In this document: positions 33,801 through 36,453 of the stretch, in pieces
Numbering within the stretch: position 1 is the first letter of the stretch
Layout of the letters: the number at the start of each line of letters is the position of its first letter
DNA from: Archangium sp.
GTDB lineage: Bacteria; Myxococcota; Myxococcia; Myxococcales; Myxococcaceae
DNA length: 36,453 nt
Direction of reading: 5' to 3'
NCBI GenBank assembly: GCA_031367385.1
Contig: JANLPS010000560.1
Coordinates: forward strand, 1-36,453
The notes under the pieces: generated by a model
Told to the model about the DNA's origin: nothing
The model's input: the letters and a program-made list of their open reading frames with translations, nothing else
The model's database searches: none
Program-made: the position numbers and the translations under genes

Positions 33801-36453
33801 GGTGCACGGCACGGTTCAAGGCGGCGGCACGATGCCACTCGTCTATCAGAGCAACGCGAACTACTTCGGGCCCGACAGCTTCACCTACACGGTGAGCGAT
33901 GGCATGGCGACCTCGGTAGCCTTGGTCACCATCAACGTACGACCCGTCAACGACCCGCCCAACGCAGTCGACGATAACAACGTCGGCGTTTCAGAAGGCA
34001 CCAGCAATAACCTGCTCGACGTGCTCGCCAACGACACCGCGTTGCCCGACATTAACGAGGTATTGAGCATCATCTCGGTCACTGCGCCGGCGCACGGCAC
34101 CGCCGACATTCAGGGCAACCGCGTTCGCTACACGCCGACGCCGGGCTACAGCGGCCCAGACACCTTTCAGTACACCATCAGCGACAACAACAACCCGACC
34201 CCGGGTACCGACACCGCCACGGTGAACATCATCATCGGGCCTGCGAACAAGCCTCCGGTCAATTCGGTACCGGGTGCGCAGGTGATCAGCGAAGACTCCA
34301 CCCTCACCTTCTCGTCGGCCTCGAGCACGCTGCTGTCGATCAGCGACCCCGATGCCTCGGCTGCGCAGGTGCAGGTCACCATCGTCGCCACGCACGGCCT
34401 GTTCAGCTTGAAGGGGCCGCTCGGCCCGCTCGCCTTTACGGTCGGAGACGGCACCGACGACGCGACCGTGACCTTCAACGCCAGCCTCACCGACATCAAT
34501 GCCGCGTTGGTCGATTCGACCTTCACGCCCACCGCTGATTACAACGGCCCCGCCTCGGTGCAGCTGGTCACCAACGACCTCGGCAACACCGGCATCGGCG
34601 GAGCGAAGACCGACACCGACGTCATCACCATCACGGTCACTCCGGTGAACGACAACCCGGTCGCCGCCGCCGACACCGTCACCATTGGCGAAGACTCGGT
34701 TGCCGAGATGATCGACCCGCTCACCAATGACACAATCGCGCCCGACGTCGGAGAATCGCTGCGCATCGTCGCGACCAGCGTCGCCTCGCACGGCACCGTC
34801 ACCATCGTGGTGGGTGGCCAGCGCGTCAGCTACACGCCCGACGCGAATTACTACGGCAGCGACTCGTTCACTTACACCATCACCGACGGCAACGGAGGCA
34901 CCGCCACCGCGACGGTCACCGTCAACGTCTTGAACGTCAACGACCCGCCGACCGCCACGCCCGACGTCTTCAGCATCGCGCAAGACTCGACCGACAACCT
35001 CCTCGACATACTGGCCAACGACACCTACCTGCCTGACCCGGTCGAAGCGCTCTCCATCGTGGTCGTCTCGCCGGTCGCGCACGGCACGCTGATCATCTCC
35101 GACGACAAGCTGAGCGTGATCTACACGCCCTCGCCCGCCTACGTGGGCCCCGATGGGTTCACCTACACGGTGCGAGATTCGAACGGAGGCTTCGCAGCCA
35201 CGATCGTGAGTCTGACGGTGGGTGCCGACTCCGACCGCGACGGGCTCAGCGACGACGATGAGCGTGGGCTGGGCACCAACCCGCTCGACGCCGACACCGA
35301 CGACGACGGCATCAGCGACGGCATCGAAGTGAAGATCGGCAAGACCGACCCGCTCGACGACGACACCGACGATGACGGTGTGCTCGATGGCAACGAAGAC
35401 CTGAACCACAACGGCGTTCGCGACGTCACCGAGAGCGACCCGAAGATGGCCGACACCGACGGAGATGGCTTGCTCGATGGGCTCGAGCGCGGGCTGACGA
35501 AGCCGCAAGGCAAGAACACCAAGCTCACCGTTTTTCGCGCCGACAGCGACCCCACTACCCAGACCAACCCGCTGCGCGCCGACACCGATGGCGGCGGTGA
35601 CTTCGACAACATCGAAGACGTGAACTTGAACGGCCGCATCGACGGCGATGAGACCAACCCCAACGACCCGACCGATGATCGCAAAGACTTCGATCACGAC
35701 GGCCTGACTGACGCGAAGGAGATCGCCATCGGTCTCGACCCGACCGACGCCGACACCGACGATGACGGCGTGGTCGACGGCACCGACGGCCTGGCCGACA
35801 CCGATGGAGACGGGTTGATCGACGCCATCGACACCGACTCAGACAATGACGGCATTCTCGACGGCACCGAGTCAGGCATCACCGACGCGCTCAAGCCGCG
35901 TGACACCGATTTGAGCAAGGGCCACTTCGTGCCTGACGCCGACCCCTCTACCAAGACCAACCCGAAGGCCGCCGAGAGCGACGGCGATGGCCTCAAAGAC
36001 GGCGAAGAAGACACCAATCACAACGGCCAGCACGATCTCGGCGAGACCGATGCTTCGAAGGCCGACACCGATGGCGACGGGCTGACCGACGGGCTCGAGA
36101 AGAAGGCCGCGAACCCGACCAACCCCGAGCTGGCAGACACCGACAACGACGGCCTGGTCGATGGCGCCGAAGACGCGAACGCCAACGGCAAGGTCGACGA
36201 GGGTGAGACCGACCCGAACATCGCTGACTCCGATCACGGCGGCGCGAATGACGGAGCCGAAGTCATGCGCGGCACCAACCCGCTCGACAGGCTCGACGAT
36301 TACCAGGCGCGTGGCGGTGGTGGCTGCGCGACGGCACCCGGCCCCTTGGCGCTCGTTGCGTTGCTCGCGGTGGTGCTGCTGCGGCGGCGCAAGGCGCTCG
36401 GCCTGGTACTGGTGTTGACCGTGAGCACCTCGGCCTTGGCGCAAAATGTCTAC
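30826..36453 (+). CDS. Giant surface adhesin, >1876 aa, 3'-truncated by the window: AgmC-N-like head, Gly-rich region, 2x DUF11, ~6 cadherin/Big_9-like domains, TSP3-like Ca-binding repeats, internal MYXO-CTERM plus second signal peptide
   Basis: GGAGGT RBS and GTG 30826; lipobox VITGC; no stop seen to the window end, hence absent from the ORF track; GDLLMIIQMQG..TQVVRVPQF..WDGSVGGIVA; ADLQISKT..KNNGP; VNDPP units; DTDDDG/DTDGDG repeats; GGGGC-hydrophobic-RRRK. Confidence 0.9.
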   Translation, partial: MRVELNRVLLGFALGVVITGCTDFKPSASQRATEPKVGVSASAVMAKDGPEIIDAGVVLNEYAALAADALVGASSIKVVDVTTLDSLAYGPLEAGDLLMIIQMQGADIDTSDTVAYGAVTNLQGAGLYEFIEVASVTPATNTIGVGTGCGGLKNGYSAAGKTQVVRVPQFASLSVQGNGTVTAPPWDGSVGGIVALHVRDTMTLTGSVDVQGKGFRGGTADNTSGSVAGDVPGYRAATGIGGGEKGEGIAGSQTTYDGKNGRYGRGAPANGGGGGNSYRAGGGGGANAAAASIVAAWAGQGLMDITSGTIGGAFAYPLDPSGVTAQPGGGRGGYSASLSNQNATVAAGAPGAALWGANLRRERGGLGGRPLVNDPLTRLYVGGGGGAGDGDSASSGGGGRGGGMIFIMADAVAGSGGLIANGAQGADTTGSNVDSAGGGGAGGTVIIRANAISGLAIAANGGNGGKQKLDPGADPAAGPGGGGSGGYIAVSVTGPTRSAVGGDNGETSSNGLAEFPANGATRGNLGNATAGIAAVVGTSVVDIPLCLEPADLQISKTNGVTTSVPGTATTYAVTVKNNGPNAVTKAHIVDILPTQLVTVPATAWACTSASPGACLTASGTGSINAGATPNVFFSLPSGGSVTYTFTGTVKPDATGTMVNTASVFAPPVINDPNPANNVATDSDILGPVADLALVATVPMNVDEHATITWKFDVTNAGPSQAAALVFTFDLPPSTDVTFGSAVGTGWNTCTRSGTTVTCTRAAFAVGLTNQTITIIGTVQLPGGFLPVTARVTTTSSDPDLTNNVNSSSTTVAAVNDPPVNSVPLAQTTPEDTSKTFSIGNGNAITIDDVDIGANPFEVTISIVAGTATLGSTAGLTFTEGDGTDDTRMTFQGLKGAINTALNGLTYTPTPDFYGTGSVTLLTNDLGATGKGGPKAVSSTININVSPVNDPPTAVADSFDVDEDVPTMINVLANDSSAPDGPETLTVTASTKPVHGTVQGGGTMPLVYQSNANYFGPDSFTYTVSDGMATSVALVTINVRPVNDPPNAVDDNNVGVSEGTSNNLLDVLANDTALPDINEVLSIISVTAPAHGTADIQGNRVRYTPTPGYSGPDTFQYTISDNNNPTPGTDTATVNIIIGPANKPPVNSVPGAQVISEDSTLTFSSASSTLLSISDPDASAAQVQVTIVATHGLFSLKGPLGPLAFTVGDGTDDATVTFNASLTDINAALVDSTFTPTADYNGPASVQLVTNDLGNTGIGGAKTDTDVITITVTPVNDNPVAAADTVTIGEDSVAEMIDPLTNDTIAPDVGESLRIVATSVASHGTVTIVVGGQRVSYTPDANYYGSDSFTYTITDGNGGTATATVTVNVLNVNDPPTATPDVFSIAQDSTDNLLDILANDTYLPDPVEALSIVVVSPVAHGTLIISDDKLSVIYTPSPAYVGPDGFTYTVRDSNGGFAATIVSLTVGADSDRDGLSDDDERGLGTNPLDADTDDDGISDGIEVKIGKTDPLDDDTDDDGVLDGNEDLNHNGVRDVTESDPKMADTDGDGLLDGLERGLTKPQGKNTKLTVFRADSDPTTQTNPLRADTDGGGDFDNIEDVNLNGRIDGDETNPNDPTDDRKDFDHDGLTDAKEIAIGLDPTDADTDDDGVVDGTDGLADTDGDGLIDAIDTDSDNDGILDGTESGITDALKPRDTDLSKGHFVPDADPSTKTNPKAAESDGDGLKDGEEDTNHNGQHDLGETDASKADTDGDGLTDGLEKKAANPTNPELADTDNDGLVDGAEDANANGKVDEGETDPNIADSDHGGANDGAEVMRGTNPLDRLDDYQARGGGGCATAPGPLALVALLAVVLLRRRKALGLVLVLTVSTSALAQNVY
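35227..36300 (+). repeat. Coding thrombospondin type 3-like (DxDxDGxxD) repeats
   Basis: Many gccgacaccgacgacgacggc-type units encoding DTDDDG, DTDGDG and DSDNDG, with TNP/TDP linkers. Confidence 0.85.

Noticed and set aside
30529..36444. Long minus-strand ORFs (e.g. 33991..35697, 30529..31725)
   Set aside because: Antisense shadows of the giant adhesin caused by high-GC codon bias; no motifs of their own

Overview
GC-rich window from a myxobacterium (Myxococcota inferred from MYXO-CTERM motifs, an esp-like kinase/OPT locus, a CdbA/B-like RHH protein and an AgmC-like adhesin). Left to right: two Ser/Thr kinases flanking an OPT peptide transporter, with a divergent secreted NG(M/F)SA-repeat lipoprotein; an MshEN protein; a VOC protein; a tRNA(CAT); an accessory block (triplicated Cys-rich secreted protein, putative pseudo-protease lipoprotein, frameshifted DUF6326-like gene with a Crp/Fnr regulator and palindromic site, acyltransferase, EF-hand protein, di-heme peroxidase); an RHH protein plus an unannotated 49-aa ORF; a 1474-aa kelch lipoprotein; an OM beta-barrel; rpsF-rpsR-rplI-dnaB with an S6:S18 leader; REC-degenerate GGDEF whose 3' end is duplicated around a small orphan gene; DUF4262; PfkB kinase; a lipoprotein; and a >1876-aa adhesin absent from the ORF track that runs off the window. 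Main observations: (1) two unrelated giant surface proteins each carry an internal MYXO-CTERM immediately followed by a second signal peptide, suggesting processed polyproteins; (2) a possible pentapeptide-precursor/OPT/kinase-STAND-TPR signalling module; (3) an ~80-bp gene-end duplication that looks like an integration scar. All family calls come from motif recognition, not database searches.
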